Below, one piece after another: positions 39,516 through 49,917 of a DNA stretch of 64,000 nucleotides. Source of the stretch: an uncultured delta proteobacterium (GTDB lineage Bacteria > Desulfobacterota > Binatia > UBA9968). The stretch covers positions 1 to 64,000 of the forward strand of contig CAWFJP010000018.1 of NCBI GenBank assembly GCA_963816145.1, in the 5' to 3' direction. Every line of letters starts with the position of its first letter. Positions within the stretch are counted from its first letter, which is position 1. The translations under genes were made by a program, and so were the position numbers. The notes beneath the pieces are model-generated. The model was not told where the DNA came from. It ran no database searches and saw only the letters and a list, made by a program, of their open reading frames with translations.

Positions 39516-39953
39516 CTACTCCATCCCAACTTCCATGGCCGAGATCAGCGCTTGCGCCGCGACTTTACCGTCAACCGTAGCCACGCCTTGCATCCTCCAG
39601 TAGGCGCCCCGGCGCTTTTGACAGGTCAATTCCATGCGCAATTGATCGCCGGGTACGACCGGGCGCTTGAACTTCACCTGATCGAGGCCGGTTAGCATGA
39701 ATATTCGCTTATCGTTCATACCACCGCGGGTGGTATGGGCAAAGATCGCTCCCACTTGCGCCATCGCTTCGCAAATCAAAACACCGGGCATGACGGGATG
39801 ATCCGGAAAATGGCCCTGAAAAAACGGCTCATTGAAAGATACATTCTTGACGCCGACGATCTTTTCGTCACCTTGGATCTCGACGATCCGGTCGACCAAA
39901 AGGAACGGATAACGGTGCGGCAAATAGTTGAGGATTTCCTTGGCGTCCAACAT
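39516..39953 (-). CDS. fabZ: 3-hydroxyacyl-ACP dehydratase
   Basis: LPHRYPFLLVD and GHFP..PVMPGVLICEAMAQ motifs; start MLDAKE at 39953. Confidence 0.96.
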   Translation of the reverse strand: MLDAKEILNYLPHRYPFLLVDRIVEIQGDEKIVGVKNVSFNEPFFQGHFPDHPVMPGVLICEAMAQVGAIFAHTTRGGMNDKRIFMLTGLDQVKFKRPVVPGDQLRMELTCQKRRGAYWRMQGVATVDGKVAAQALISAMEVGME

Positions 39954-39967
39954 CGGCAATCTTTTTA

Positions 39968-41017
39968 TTATTTTTTTACTAAGTCGGCAATTTGTCGTTC
40001 CATGGCACGAACCGAAGCCCACAGCTTCGGCAGTTGCGGCAACAGTGTCATCACTTTGAGCCACTCATGATGCGGTGCCGCAGCGATGCCTCCGGACAAA
40101 ACCACACCGGCAGGCACCGACTTGGGGATCCCTGATTGTGGGCCGATGATAGCTCCATCGCCGATCTCAATATGATTGACGATGCCCGCCTGCCCAGCGA
40201 TGGTCACATGTTTGCCAACCTTGGTACTTCCGGCGATACCCGCCTGGGCTGCGACTACCGAATGCTCCCCGATATTCACATTGTGGGCGATCTGCACGAG
40301 ATTGTCGATCTTGGCGCCGCGGCGTATCACCGTTCGGCCCAGAGTCGCACGATCGATGGTTGTATTTGCACCAATCTCAACGTCATCTTCGACCACGACA
40401 ACACCGATTTGTGGAATCTTGACACGACTCTCGCCGCGGCCGGCATAGCCGAAACCGTCGCTGCCGATGACCACACCCGCGTGAAGTATCACCCGATCAC
40501 CGATGCGGCATCCATGTCTAACCACGACGTTGGGATGAAGTACGCAATCGGAACCGATCTCGACATCGTCGCCGACAAAGACACCCGGGTAAAGCGCTGA
40601 ATTGCGGCCAACTTTGACACGCGCGCCGACATAGGCAAGCGGGAAAACCGTAACTCCCTCGTCAATGACCGCCGATGCATCGATGCTGGCTTGAGCACTG
40701 CGAGTTTGGGCTAGCGGAGCGGCTGGCGAAAACAGCTGGAGAATCTTCGCGAACGCGACATAGGGGTCCGCAGCTTCAAGAAACGCAACCGGCGACCGCC
40801 CGAAATATTCCGCTGCAGCGCCGATACCGACAATGACCGCGCTGGCCCGGCAACGTTCCAAGTATTTGGCGTAGCGGGTATTGGTAAGAAAGGTAATCTC
40901 ACCGCTAGCCGCTTCGTCTATGGGCGCCACCCGTTGAATGATGACCGCGCCATCGCCAACAACCTTTCCGCCGACAAAGGACGCCAGTTCAGCTAAAGTT
41001 CTCGCCGCGATGGACAC
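39968..41017 (-). CDS. lpxD: UDP-3-O-(3-hydroxyacyl)glucosamine N-acyltransferase
   Basis: DGFGY, IDR and [11 protein letters not shown] motifs; hexapeptide repeats. Confidence 0.96.
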   Translation of the reverse strand: MSIAARTLAELASFVGGKVVGDGAVIIQRVAPIDEAASGEITFLTNTRYAKYLERCRASAVIVGIGAAAEYFGRSPVAFLEAADPYVAFAKILQLFSPAAPLAQTRSAQASIDASAVIDEGVTVFPLAYVGARVKVGRNSALYPGVFVGDDVEIGSDCVLHPNVVVRHGCRIGDRVILHAGVVIGSDGFGYAGRGESRVKIPQIGVVVVEDDVEIGANTTIDRATLGRTVIRRGAKIDNLVQIAHNVNIGEHSVVAAQAGIAGSTKVGKHVTIAGQAGIVNHIEIGDGAIIGPQSGIPKSVPAGVVLSGGIAAAPHHEWLKVMTLLPQLPKLWASVRAMERQIADLVKK

Positions 41018-41524
41018 TTACTTTTTGGCCCGATTGAAGGTCTCAATCACCTTGTTGGTGAGATCGATGGCCTGATCGCCGAAAAGAATCTGCGAACGAT
41101 CGAGGATTAGGGTAAACTTATCGGCTTTGCCGATTTCGCTAACGACCCCTTCGAGATCCTTGAGAATATCTTGCATCATCTCGCGCTCTCTTAATTGTAT
41201 TTCCTGTTGCAGGTCGCCCATGGTTCGCTGAAGAGTAACCGAACGCTTCTGAAAATCCAATTCGAGATTTCGTCTCTCTTCCTCTTTTAGCAACGGGCCT
41301 TTCTTTTCGAGATCGGCGCGCAGCCGTTCAAGGTCTTGGCGCTCTTTGAGCGTGTCCGCCTCGGCTTTTTTCAGCTGGGCCTGCAAGCGTTCGCCGGCTC
41401 GTTTTCCTGGGGCGGACTCGGTGACCACCCGTCGTACATCGATATAACCGATTTTCATCCGATCCTGCGCCATACCAGGCGTCCAGGATAGCCCCAACAG
41501 TAACAGCACGAACCAATATTTCAC
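41018..41524 (-). CDS. skp: OmpH/Skp periplasmic chaperone
   Basis: Signal peptide, KIGYID, coiled coil and DLT; located between bamA and lpxD. Confidence 0.9.
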   Translation of the reverse strand: MKYWFVLLLLGLSWTPGMAQDRMKIGYIDVRRVVTESAPGKRAGERLQAQLKKAEADTLKERQDLERLRADLEKKGPLLKEEERRNLELDFQKRSVTLQRTMGDLQQEIQLREREMMQDILKDLEGVVSEIGKADKFTLILDRSQILFGDQAIDLTNKVIETFNRAKK

Positions 41525-41570
41525 TCATAACCTCCAGTTACGTTTGTGGTAGTAAAAATGAAGCAATCCG

Positions 41571-43967
41571 TTAAGGCTGAGCGCCGACGGAGAATCCGAG
41601 CACAGAAGTTTCGTCACCGGATTTCTTGGTAATGGGAAATCCGAGGTCGACACGCAATGGGCCAAAGGGAGACATCCAACGGCCGCCGAAACCGACCGAT
41701 CGACGCATGTCGCTGAAGTTGAACGAGTCGAAGGAATTGCCGACATCAAAAAACACTACACCCCGTAAACCGTATTGCTCCATAACGGGGAATGCGACCT
41801 CGGCATTGAGCACCACTGCTCTATCACCGCCGGTAACCTCAGTACCAGTACAGTTCTGGCCGTTACTATCGCAACCCGATGGCGAGCGGGGCCCGATACT
41901 TCGCTCGGCGAACCCCCGTATTGAATTAATACCACCGAGAAAATAGCGCTCAAACAACGGCAAATCGTTTCCTCCATCCTTGTTACCGGCAAAGCCGAGA
42001 CCATAACCGAGCTGGCCGCCAAGTCCTAAGACATAGGCACCACCCCAACTGGGGTCCTTTAACAAGGTGTAATACCAACGGGCGGTCAAATCGGTTTTCA
42101 GAAAGCGAGTGTCTCCACCCAAGCCTGCCATCTTCGTCGATATGCCAAGTTTAGACCCCTCTGTCGGTGTAAAGAAGTGATCCCGGCTATCATAGGTAAG
42201 GCTTGGGGTTACGCTACTTGTGAGACTCTTGCCCTCCTCGTCCTTAATGCTTTGAGAGGCGCCAGCCGAAACCCCCGTAATATCGTCATGGGTAAATTCA
42301 TAAGCCAAACCAGCGCGCATGAAGTCCCAATAAGTAATTTGCTGGCTTGCGTTAGCGTCAGAACCCGGCGCCGCGGCACTAACCGGGCTATTGAAAAATG
42401 GCAAGGTAAAGCCCTTTAATGGGTAGCTGCTATTGACCGCGAAGCCCATCTTCTTTTCGTTGAAGTCCGTATAATCACGAGTCGTGTTAAATGCGTCCAT
42501 CCCCAGTGATACTTTAGAATCTAGGAAATAGGGATCGGTTAGGTTGAAGATATAATCTTGCCGGCTGGAGCCAATGCTAAAATTGCCGCTCATGCTCTGT
42601 CCCCGGCCCATCAAATTCTTTTCCGAGACGTTGGCATTGAATAAGAAACCATCGCCACTACTGTAACCGGCGCCGACCTGAAATGTCCCGGTCGGTCCTT
42701 CCTTCACATCAACGTTGAGATCGAGTGCGTCCGGCTGATCGGTCTTTTTGGTGTTTAGCTGTACGTCCTCAAAATAACCGGTGCGCTGAAGCGCGTTGCG
42801 GCTCTGAGTTACTTTGACGCCGGAGTAGAGTTCCTGTTCATTGACAACTAACTCGCGGCGCACCACCTTGTCGCGAGTCTTGGTGTTTCCCGCTATCAAT
42901 ACCCGGTTGAAATAGACCGGCGGCCCTTTGTTGATCACCAGTGCGACATCGACTAATTTTTTCGCTTGATCGATCTGCGTCATCGGATCAACCTGCACGA
43001 AAGCGAACCCTTTGTTCGCATACATCTCGTTTAGGGTGGTAACATCGTCGCGCAACCTGTTGCCGCGAAAAATCTGTCCGGTCGTAAGCTTTACTGATTT
43101 GAGCATCTTCTGACCGTCTTCGATCAATTCTCCACCGATCTCGACTCGACCGACACGATACTGGGGCCCTTCACTTACCCGGAAAATCACTTCGAGACCG
43201 TCCTTTGCCCTGACAATCAACGGCTCATCGACCTTATTCTCGACGTAACCGTTGTCGTTGTAATGGTTCGAGAGTATCGCCACATCATTGGTCAAGATAT
43301 CGCGATCAAGAACACCGCGATTGGTGAAGTATGAAAAAATCCACTCCTCTTTGGTGGTCAGTAAATCCTTGAGTTCACTTTCGGAGAAAGCTTTATTGCC
43401 TTCAAACGATATACGTTTGATCAGTAACCGGTTCCCTTCAACGATGTCGAGCACCACCGCTACTTGGTTGTTCGCTTCAGGAGAGATAGCGAAGTCCACC
43501 GCAGCGTTGACATAGCCCTGTTCGGTGAAAAGCTTGCGCACCTTGTCGACACCCTCCGAAACTTTGCTCCGGTCTAAAATAGTCCGCGGAGACACCCCGA
43601 GAGCGGTCTCAACCTTGTCCTTCGACACCTGCGACAAACCCTGGATGCGCACTTCCCGGATATAGGGCTTCTCCTTGACCGCGTAGGTCAAGACATTGTC
43701 CGGCGACAACTCGGCTTGCACATCGTCGAAGAACCCCATACGGTAAATTGCTCTAACGTCTTGTTCGACAAGCGTGGGATTGAAAGGATCTCCCGGTCGA
43801 CTTTTAACATGCAAACGAATGCCGTCCTCTTCGACCCTAACGTTACCGCCGATACGCACGTCTTTGAGGCGAGCCGCCTCTTGAGCCGACGCAGAACTAT
43901 CGCCAAAACAGACCGCACCAAGTAATTTTAATATAAAAGCGATTGTGAGTAGTTTGGAAGGCTTCAT
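41571..43967 (-). CDS. bamA: Outer membrane protein assembly factor BamA
   Basis: Five POTRA repeats, IRGF in loop 6 and SPFGPL. Start at 43967 (alternative 44012). Confidence 0.96.
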   Translation of the reverse strand: MKPSKLLTIAFILKLLGAVCFGDSSASAQEAARLKDVRIGGNVRVEEDGIRLHVKSRPGDPFNPTLVEQDVRAIYRMGFFDDVQAELSPDNVLTYAVKEKPYIREVRIQGLSQVSKDKVETALGVSPRTILDRSKVSEGVDKVRKLFTEQGYVNAAVDFAISPEANNQVAVVLDIVEGNRLLIKRISFEGNKAFSESELKDLLTTKEEWIFSYFTNRGVLDRDILTNDVAILSNHYNDNGYVENKVDEPLIVRAKDGLEVIFRVSEGPQYRVGRVEIGGELIEDGQKMLKSVKLTTGQIFRGNRLRDDVTTLNEMYANKGFAFVQVDPMTQIDQAKKLVDVALVINKGPPVYFNRVLIAGNTKTRDKVVRRELVVNEQELYSGVKVTQSRNALQRTGYFEDVQLNTKKTDQPDALDLNVDVKEGPTGTFQVGAGYSSGDGFLFNANVSEKNLMGRGQSMSGNFSIGSSRQDYIFNLTDPYFLDSKVSLGMDAFNTTRDYTDFNEKKMGFAVNSSYPLKGFTLPFFNSPVSAAAPGSDANASQQITYWDFMRAGLAYEFTHDDITGVSAGASQSIKDEEGKSLTSSVTPSLTYDSRDHFFTPTEGSKLGISTKMAGLGGDTRFLKTDLTARWYYTLLKDPSWGGAYVLGLGGQLGYGLGFAGNKDGGNDLPLFERYFLGGINSIRGFAERSIGPRSPSGCDSNGQNCTGTEVTGGDRAVVLNAEVAFPVMEQYGLRGVVFFDVGNSFDSFNFSDMRRSVGFGGRWMSPFGPLRVDLGFPITKKSGDETSVLGFSVGAQP

Positions 43968-44059
43968 GGATGGCTTCAAAAATCCGCTCTCCAAAGTTGC
44001 CAAGGTTTCCATTCTATTAGCAAAATGAGCCGTTGTTGTAAAGGTTTCTGAACTGGCGA

Positions 44060-44737
44060 CTAGCCAGCGTACAACTGGCCATCGCGCAGCTCGACCCGGC
44101 GGCCGATCTTGTCGGCAAACTCATGATTATGGGTGGCGACGATCAAAGCAATATTATATTCCAAATTGAGCTGGAATAGCAGCTCCTGCACCTCTGCGCC
44201 AATCCGCAAATCCAATGAGCCGGTGGGTTCGTCGGCCAGCACCAGACTGGGCTGGAGAATCACTGCCCGGGCAACCGCCACCCGCTGTTGCTCGCCGCCG
44301 GAAAGCTTTCCCGGGCGGTGGTTCATGCGGTCTTTCAGTCCGACACGTTCCAGCAATCGTTCGCCTTCACTGCGCGCCTGCTGCGCATTCATCCCCCGGA
44401 TCAACGCTGGAAACATGACATTTTCGATTGCCGAAAAATCCGGCAACAAATAGTGAAACTGAAAGACGAAGCCAATCTGCCGATTGCGGAACTCACACAG
44501 TGAGGTCTCGTCGTCCAACGGCAGCTCTTTGCCGCGAAAAAGAATCTGCCCGGAAGTGGGCCGGTCGAGAGTGCCGAGAATATGCAGAAGCGTGCTCTTG
44601 CCAACCCCCGACTGCCCGACAACAGCGACCCGCTCCCCTTCGGCCAAATCGAAGTTCGCGCCGCGCAGAACATGAATCTCGCTGGCACCTTCAATAAAAG
44701 ACTTGCGCAGGTCGCGCACGGCGAGCAGCTCACTCAT
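44060..44737 (-). CDS. lolD: Lipoprotein-releasing ABC transporter ATPase
   Basis: GQSGVGKST, FQFHYLL, LSGGEQQR and DEPTG motifs; start MSELL at 44737. Confidence 0.93.
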   Translation of the reverse strand: MSELLAVRDLRKSFIEGASEIHVLRGANFDLAEGERVAVVGQSGVGKSTLLHILGTLDRPTSGQILFRGKELPLDDETSLCEFRNRQIGFVFQFHYLLPDFSAIENVMFPALIRGMNAQQARSEGERLLERVGLKDRMNHRPGKLSGGEQQRVAVARAVILQPSLVLADEPTGSLDLRIGAEVQELLFQLNLEYNIALIVATHNHEFADKIGRRVELRDGQLYAG

Positions 44738-45977
44738 AACGAATGATTTCGACGGGGTCCAATTTGGCCGCCTGGCGGGCCGGATAAAGACTCGCCAACA
44801 AACAGACGACAAAGGATGCCAATGCCACCATAATGAAGTTGCTCCAATAGATCCGCACGGGAACCGTTTGAATCAGAAAAACCCCATCCGGCAACTGAAA
44901 CTCATACTTGGAGATCAGGATACAGACCAAAAAACCCAAGATCACACCCAAGATCGTTCCCACCACGCCGATCAAACAGCCCTTCAACAAAAAAATCCGC
45001 CGGATGCTTTTTTGGGTCGCACCCATGGAACGCAGGATCGCAATGTCTTTACGCTTCTCCATTACGACCATGACAAGAGTCGAGACGATATTGAAGGCGC
45101 CGATCAACACCATCAAGAGCAAGACAAGAAAGTAAACGGTTTTTTCCAATTTCAGAGCGGAAAACAGATTGGGCCATAAGCGCGTCCAATCTTCGGCGAA
45201 ATAGGGGAATCCCAATTGCCGCTGAATCCGGTCGGCAATTTCGCGCGAGCGGCTGACGTCCTGCACCCGCATCTCGATATTGGTCACGCCATCGCCCAGT
45301 TCAAAAAACTTTTGGGCATCGGTGAGACTCATGAAAACCAGGGTCGAATCGATCTCGCTCATGCCGCTCTTGAGAATCCCGCTGACGACGAAGCGGCGCA
45401 CTTTAGGGATAACCCCGATCGCTGTGGGGCTGCCCAACGGCGACACCACCTGCACCGGACTGCCGCGAAAAACTCCCAGCTGATTGGCTAATCGCTCGCC
45501 GAGAATGATCCCCGGCAGGTTTACGGTCCGTTCATCGACTTGGATCGGGTGCTGAATTTTTAGTCCGTCGAGGCTGCCCTCGCGCATGAAACTCTGGATA
45601 TTCACCACGCCATTGACACGGTCCGGATCGACGCCGCGAACCACCACGCCGGTCACGCGCGGACCGGCAGTCAGCATCACCTGGCCGTAAATCGTCGGCG
45701 ACGCCGCGACCACGCCCGGCTCCTTGCTCATTCGCTCCACGAGCTTGTCGTAATCCCGCATCGGCTCGCCGGATTTGACCAGAGCAATATGAGCATTGAT
45801 GCCGAGCAACCGGTCGCGCAAGGTTTCTTCGAAACCGGTCATGACCGACATCACGACGTTTAAAGTCATCACGCCGATCATGACGCCGCAGATGGAAATC
45901 AGGGTGATGAGCGAGATGAACGTCTCGCGCCGGCGCGCCTGCAAGTAACGCAGGCCGATGAAAAGTTCGTAGCGCAT
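44730..45977 (-). CDS. lolE: Lipoprotein-releasing ABC transporter permease (LolC/E)
   Basis: IGLRYL, VMTGF, DIAILRSMGA and YPARQAA motifs; single LolC/E copy. Confidence 0.9.
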   Translation of the reverse strand: MRYELFIGLRYLQARRRETFISLITLISICGVMIGVMTLNVVMSVMTGFEETLRDRLLGINAHIALVKSGEPMRDYDKLVERMSKEPGVVAASPTIYGQVMLTAGPRVTGVVVRGVDPDRVNGVVNIQSFMREGSLDGLKIQHPIQVDERTVNLPGIILGERLANQLGVFRGSPVQVVSPLGSPTAIGVIPKVRRFVVSGILKSGMSEIDSTLVFMSLTDAQKFFELGDGVTNIEMRVQDVSRSREIADRIQRQLGFPYFAEDWTRLWPNLFSALKLEKTVYFLVLLLMVLIGAFNIVSTLVMVVMEKRKDIAILRSMGATQKSIRRIFLLKGCLIGVVGTILGVILGFLVCILISKYEFQLPDGVFLIQTVPVRIYWSNFIMVALASFVVCLLASLYPARQAAKLDPVEIIRYE

Positions 45978-45997
45978 CGGTTGGATCGACGTGGAAG

Positions 45998-47503
45998 CTA
46001 ACGGTGCGGGCGCAACAGGGGAAAAAGAATGACATCCCGGATGGAGGGCGAATCAGTGAAAAACATCACTAAGCGGTCAATGCCGATGCCCTCGCCGGCG
46101 GCGGGCGGCATGCCGTACTCGAGGGCGCGAACATAATCGTCATCGATGGGATTGGCTTCCTCATCGCCGGCGGCTCGGGCTTGCATCTGTTCGAGAAAAC
46201 GTTGCCGCTGGTCGGCCGGATCGTTGAGTTCGGAGAAAGCATTGGCAAGCTCCCGGCCGCCGATATAGAGCTCGAAGCGGTCGACCAGCGCCGGGCTTCG
46301 ATCGTTCTTGCGTGCCAGTGGCGAAACTTCGATCGGATACCCGGTCATGAACGTCGGCTGAATCAACTTCGCTTCGGCAACCTCCTCGAAAACCGCCACC
46401 AGAAGTTTACCGTAGGGAACATCGAGATCGATTTTCAGTCCGCGCTGTTGGGCGAAGGTTTGCAGCCTCTCAAGGCTCGCCACGTCTTTATCATCGGCGC
46501 CGCCATGAACCATGACCGCGTCGCGAATCGTCATGCGCTGCCAGGGCCGGGTCAAGTCAATGGTTGCGCCGTTGTAAGGCAGCTGCAACCCGCCGGCGAC
46601 ATCTTGGGCGATGGCGACAAACAACTCTTCGGTGAGCTGGATCAAATCCTCGAACGTCGCGTATGCCTGATAAAACTCAACCATGGTGAATTCTGGATTA
46701 TGCCGCACCGAGATTCCCTCGTTACGAAAACTCCGGTTGAGCTCGAAGACCCGCTCAAAACCGCCGACTAACAGACGCTTGAGAAAAAGCTCAGGGGCGA
46801 CTCGGAGATACAACTCCAAATCGAGGGCGTTGTGATGGGTGATGAACGGTTTAGCCGCCGCTCCGCCTGGGATCGACTGCATCATCGGTGTCTCGACTTC
46901 GAGAAAATCGCGGTCTTCAAAAAATCTCCGGACCAACCGCACGATGCGCGAGCGCTTTTCGAACAAGTCGCGCACGTCGAGGTTGACCATCAGATCGACA
47001 TAGCGCTGGCGGTAACGCGCTTCGACATCGGCCAAACCATGCCACTTTTCCGGCAGCGGTCGCAGACACTTGGTGAGCAAGCGCAGGCTCGCGGCTTCGA
47101 CGGTCAGTTCCTTGGTTTTGGTGCGAAATAGATGGCCGGAGACACCGACCAGATCGCCGACATCGAAGGTTTGAAACAACTCATAGGCATCATCGCCGAG
47201 CTTGTCTTTGCGCGCATAAATCTGCAGCCGGCCGCGCCGGTCTTGGATATGAAAAAAAGACGCTTTGCCCATGCGCCGGATCGCCATAATCCGCCCGGCC
47301 ACGGCAACGTTAAGTGACTTGGCGTGCAGCGCCTCGTCGCTCAAACTCGCCGCTTGGGCAAAAACATCCGCCACGGAATGAGACGGCTTGAAATCGTTGG
47401 GATAAACTATCTGCCCGTCATCGCGGAGCTTGGCGAGCTTCTGCTTGCGGACTTCGACCTGCTGGTTATCTTCTTCGACGCTAACCGTTTCGTTATCAGC
47501 CAT
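45998..47503 (-). CDS. lysS: Lysine--tRNA ligase (class II)
   Basis: RYRQRYVDL, FRNEG, HNPEFT and GIGIDRL motifs. Confidence 0.97.
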   Translation of the reverse strand: MADNETVSVEEDNQQVEVRKQKLAKLRDDGQIVYPNDFKPSHSVADVFAQAASLSDEALHAKSLNVAVAGRIMAIRRMGKASFFHIQDRRGRLQIYARKDKLGDDAYELFQTFDVGDLVGVSGHLFRTKTKELTVEAASLRLLTKCLRPLPEKWHGLADVEARYRQRYVDLMVNLDVRDLFEKRSRIVRLVRRFFEDRDFLEVETPMMQSIPGGAAAKPFITHHNALDLELYLRVAPELFLKRLLVGGFERVFELNRSFRNEGISVRHNPEFTMVEFYQAYATFEDLIQLTEELFVAIAQDVAGGLQLPYNGATIDLTRPWQRMTIRDAVMVHGGADDKDVASLERLQTFAQQRGLKIDLDVPYGKLLVAVFEEVAEAKLIQPTFMTGYPIEVSPLARKNDRSPALVDRFELYIGGRELANAFSELNDPADQRQRFLEQMQARAAGDEEANPIDDDYVRALEYGMPPAAGEGIGIDRLVMFFTDSPSIRDVILFPLLRPHR

Positions 47504-47568
47504 ATTGCTTTCGTTACCTAGCGAAAACTGCCGGGAAGGAAACTAAAAACTTCTGGAATTCGGAAAAA

Positions 47569-48432
47569 TTACAAACCCAGATTTTTGTGAATTGCCAAGA
47601 TTGAATAGGATTTGTTGAGTGTGTAGAAATGCAGCCCCGGTACGCCGAATTTGATCAACTCGTCGCACTGCCGGGTTGCATACTCGATGCCCAGCTCAAC
47701 CGCGGCATCCTCATCGCTCTCGACTTTGACCAACTCTCTCTCCAGTTTAGCCGGAATCTTCGAACAACAGAGCGAGGTGAAACGGCGCACCTGTGGCGCC
47801 GACTGAAGCGGTAAGACTCCAGGAATAATCGGCACGGTCACGCCGAGCTTGCGCAGATCGTCGCTGAAACGGTAAAAATCTTGGTTGTCGTAAAACAGTT
47901 GTGTGATGATGGCATCGGCCCCGGCATCGACTTTTTCTTTGAGAAATCGCAGATCGGCTTGTCGGCTGACCGCCCGCGGATGGACTTCCGGAAAGCCCGC
48001 CACAGCAACCGAAAAACACCCCATCGCCACCGCTTCGCGAACTAACTCGATGGCATGCTGAAAACCTTCCGGGTGCGGTTGCCAGTCCGCCATTCCCTGG
48101 GGTGGGTCACCGCCGAGAGCGAGAATATTTTCAATACCGAATTCTTCGAGTTTTCTTAGTATATTCCGGGCATCGTCCTTCGATTGACCAACCACGGTAA
48201 GATGGCACATCACTTCGAGACCACAACCGGAATGAATCGTATCCACCAAATCGACGGTTTTTTCGCGCGTGCTTCCGCCCGCCCCGTACGTAACAGAACA
48301 GAAGCCGGGGTTTATCCTCTTGATCAGCTCGATCTCGCTGAAGAGGTTTTCCTCGCCTTTTTCTGTCTTTGGAGGAAAGAACTCAACCGATAGGGTCAAC
48401 CTAGGTTGGCTGTAAAGCTCGGCTAATCTCAC
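47569..48432 (-). CDS. metF: 5,10-methylenetetrahydrofolate reductase
   Basis: EFFPPK, TYGAGGS, HLT, GDPP, ITQLF and HFYTLN motifs. Confidence 0.94.
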   Translation of the reverse strand: MRLAELYSQPRLTLSVEFFPPKTEKGEENLFSEIELIKRINPGFCSVTYGAGGSTREKTVDLVDTIHSGCGLEVMCHLTVVGQSKDDARNILRKLEEFGIENILALGGDPPQGMADWQPHPEGFQHAIELVREAVAMGCFSVAVAGFPEVHPRAVSRQADLRFLKEKVDAGADAIITQLFYDNQDFYRFSDDLRKLGVTVPIIPGVLPLQSAPQVRRFTSLCCSKIPAKLERELVKVESDEDAAVELGIEYATRQCDELIKFGVPGLHFYTLNKSYSILAIHKNLGL

Positions 48433-48532
48433 ACAATTCCTAGATGACTACCTGACGCCCACTACTATTAGTAGCACAACGTTTTGGCATCGACAAATGT
48501 TCATCGACGAAAAATGCAAAAAGTTTCCAGGG

Positions 48533-48943
48533 TTAGACAGTTTTGGCGCGTTCGCGCGCGGCCATCGGATCGCATCCCGAATCGCTTTCGGGCGTGATTA
48601 GCCCCCGGAGCGCGTCGGTATGATCGAGCCAGAGTTTTTTGATCTCGTCGGATATGCCGTGGGCCTCGATGCACTCCTTCAGAATTTGCCGCCTTCTCGC
48701 GAAATGGCCGCCCATAATCGGGAACTTACGGTGCACCTGATCTAACGGTCGACCGCCATATTCGACATTGGCGCCGAGAAAACTTGCGGCCAACTGATAT
48801 TCCATCTCTTTAATGCGCGCCTTATCGGCGCCACGAAAGAAAAATCCGATCATTCGGTCAGCGAAAACCCGCTCGATGAAGATATCGACCACCGCGCGCA
48901 GTTTCGCTTCACCGCCCAACTGTTCAAACGGCGTCAAGGGCAT
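48533..48943 (-). CDS. Group I-like truncated (2/2) haemoglobin with an atypical distal pocket
   Basis: FEQLGG, FFF (CD1), LG..YGGRPL..VH (proximal His F8) and HF motifs. Confidence 0.8.
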   Translation of the reverse strand: MPLTPFEQLGGEAKLRAVVDIFIERVFADRMIGFFFRGADKARIKEMEYQLAASFLGANVEYGGRPLDQVHRKFPIMGGHFARRRQILKECIEAHGISDEIKKLWLDHTDALRGLITPESDSGCDPMAARERAKTV

Positions 48944-48999
48944 AGGAATCTCAATTGGAATCGTTGGTCCTAGCTAAAACCCGGGACAGTTCAACGCGA

Positions 49000-49320
49000 T
49001 CACATCATCCCCAACTGGAGCCGCGCCGCTTCCGACATTTTAGCTTGATCCCAAGGCGGGTCCCACACGAGATCGATGGACACATCGGTGACACCTGAAA
49101 TCGTCCGGACCTTACCTTCGATTTCCGCCGGCATCGACTGCACCGCCGGGCAATGCGGCGAGGTCAGCGTCATGCGAATCATCACCGCTCCTTCGGCGCT
49201 CACCTCGACCAAATAGATCAAGCCCAGCTCGTAAACATTCACCGGGATCTCCGGGTCGAAAACAGTGCGCAAAGCCTCGATGACTTCAGCTTCGATAATG
49301 GTCTGATTGATGCTTTCCAT
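49000..49320 (-). CDS. DUF59/SufT Fe-S assembly protein (short form)
   Basis: DPEIPVNVYELGL, TLTSPHCP and WDPPW motifs. Confidence 0.9.
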   Translation of the reverse strand: MESINQTIIEAEVIEALRTVFDPEIPVNVYELGLIYLVEVSAEGAVMIRMTLTSPHCPAVQSMPAEIEGKVRTISGVTDVSIDLVWDPPWDQAKMSEAARLQLGMM

Positions 49321-49332
49321 ATGCTCTCGCGG

Positions 49333-49881
49333 CTATTCAATACCGAGTTGATGTTTGGCTTCGACCGACATGCGGCCCTGGCTCCACGGCGGATCCCAAA
49401 CCAAATCAACGGTCGCCTCGCGCACATCGCTCACTTCGAGCAACTTGCGCTGGATATCCGCCTTGAAAACCTCACCCATGCCGCAACCCTGCGCCGTCAA
49501 GGTAAATTGCACCAAGGCTTTGTAGCCACCGCCTGGCAACGCTTCGACCCGGCAGTCATAGATCAGACCTAAGTCAACAATATTGACTGGGATTTCCGGA
49601 TCGAAACAGGAGCGCAGTTGTTGCCAGACCCGCTCTTGCACCGAACCCGCATCTCCCGTCGTTGGCGCAACCGGCGATGCCGCATCCACCAAACCAAGCG
49701 CGTCGCCATCGCGACCATCAATGCGCACCGTATAGCCGTGATCGGTCATCACCGTGTAACCGCCGCCCAACGCCTGGGTAAGCCACACCTGACTGCCGGA
49801 GTGAAGCGACAGCGGTTCGCCGCTCGGCACCATCACTGCCGGACAATCCCGTTTCAGAATAATCGGTTTGTCAGTTGTCAT
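49333..49881 (-). CDS. sufT: Fe-S cluster assembly protein SufT (long form)
   Basis: N-terminal TQALGG domain plus DPEIPVNIVDLGL, TAQGCGMG and WDPPW. Confidence 0.9.
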   Translation of the reverse strand: MTTDKPIILKRDCPAVMVPSGEPLSLHSGSQVWLTQALGGGYTVMTDHGYTVRIDGRDGDALGLVDAASPVAPTTGDAGSVQERVWQQLRSCFDPEIPVNIVDLGLIYDCRVEALPGGGYKALVQFTLTAQGCGMGEVFKADIQRKLLEVSDVREATVDLVWDPPWSQGRMSVEAKHQLGIE

Positions 49882-49917
49882 TGTCGTCGCCGCCTATTCG
49901 GTTTCGCGTCGCCGAAT

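Noticed and set aside
48433-48532. SAM riboswitch upstream of metF
   Set aside because: No SAM-I or SAM-II consensus recognised; only a short CTACT-ATT-AGTAG palindrome of unknown significance.
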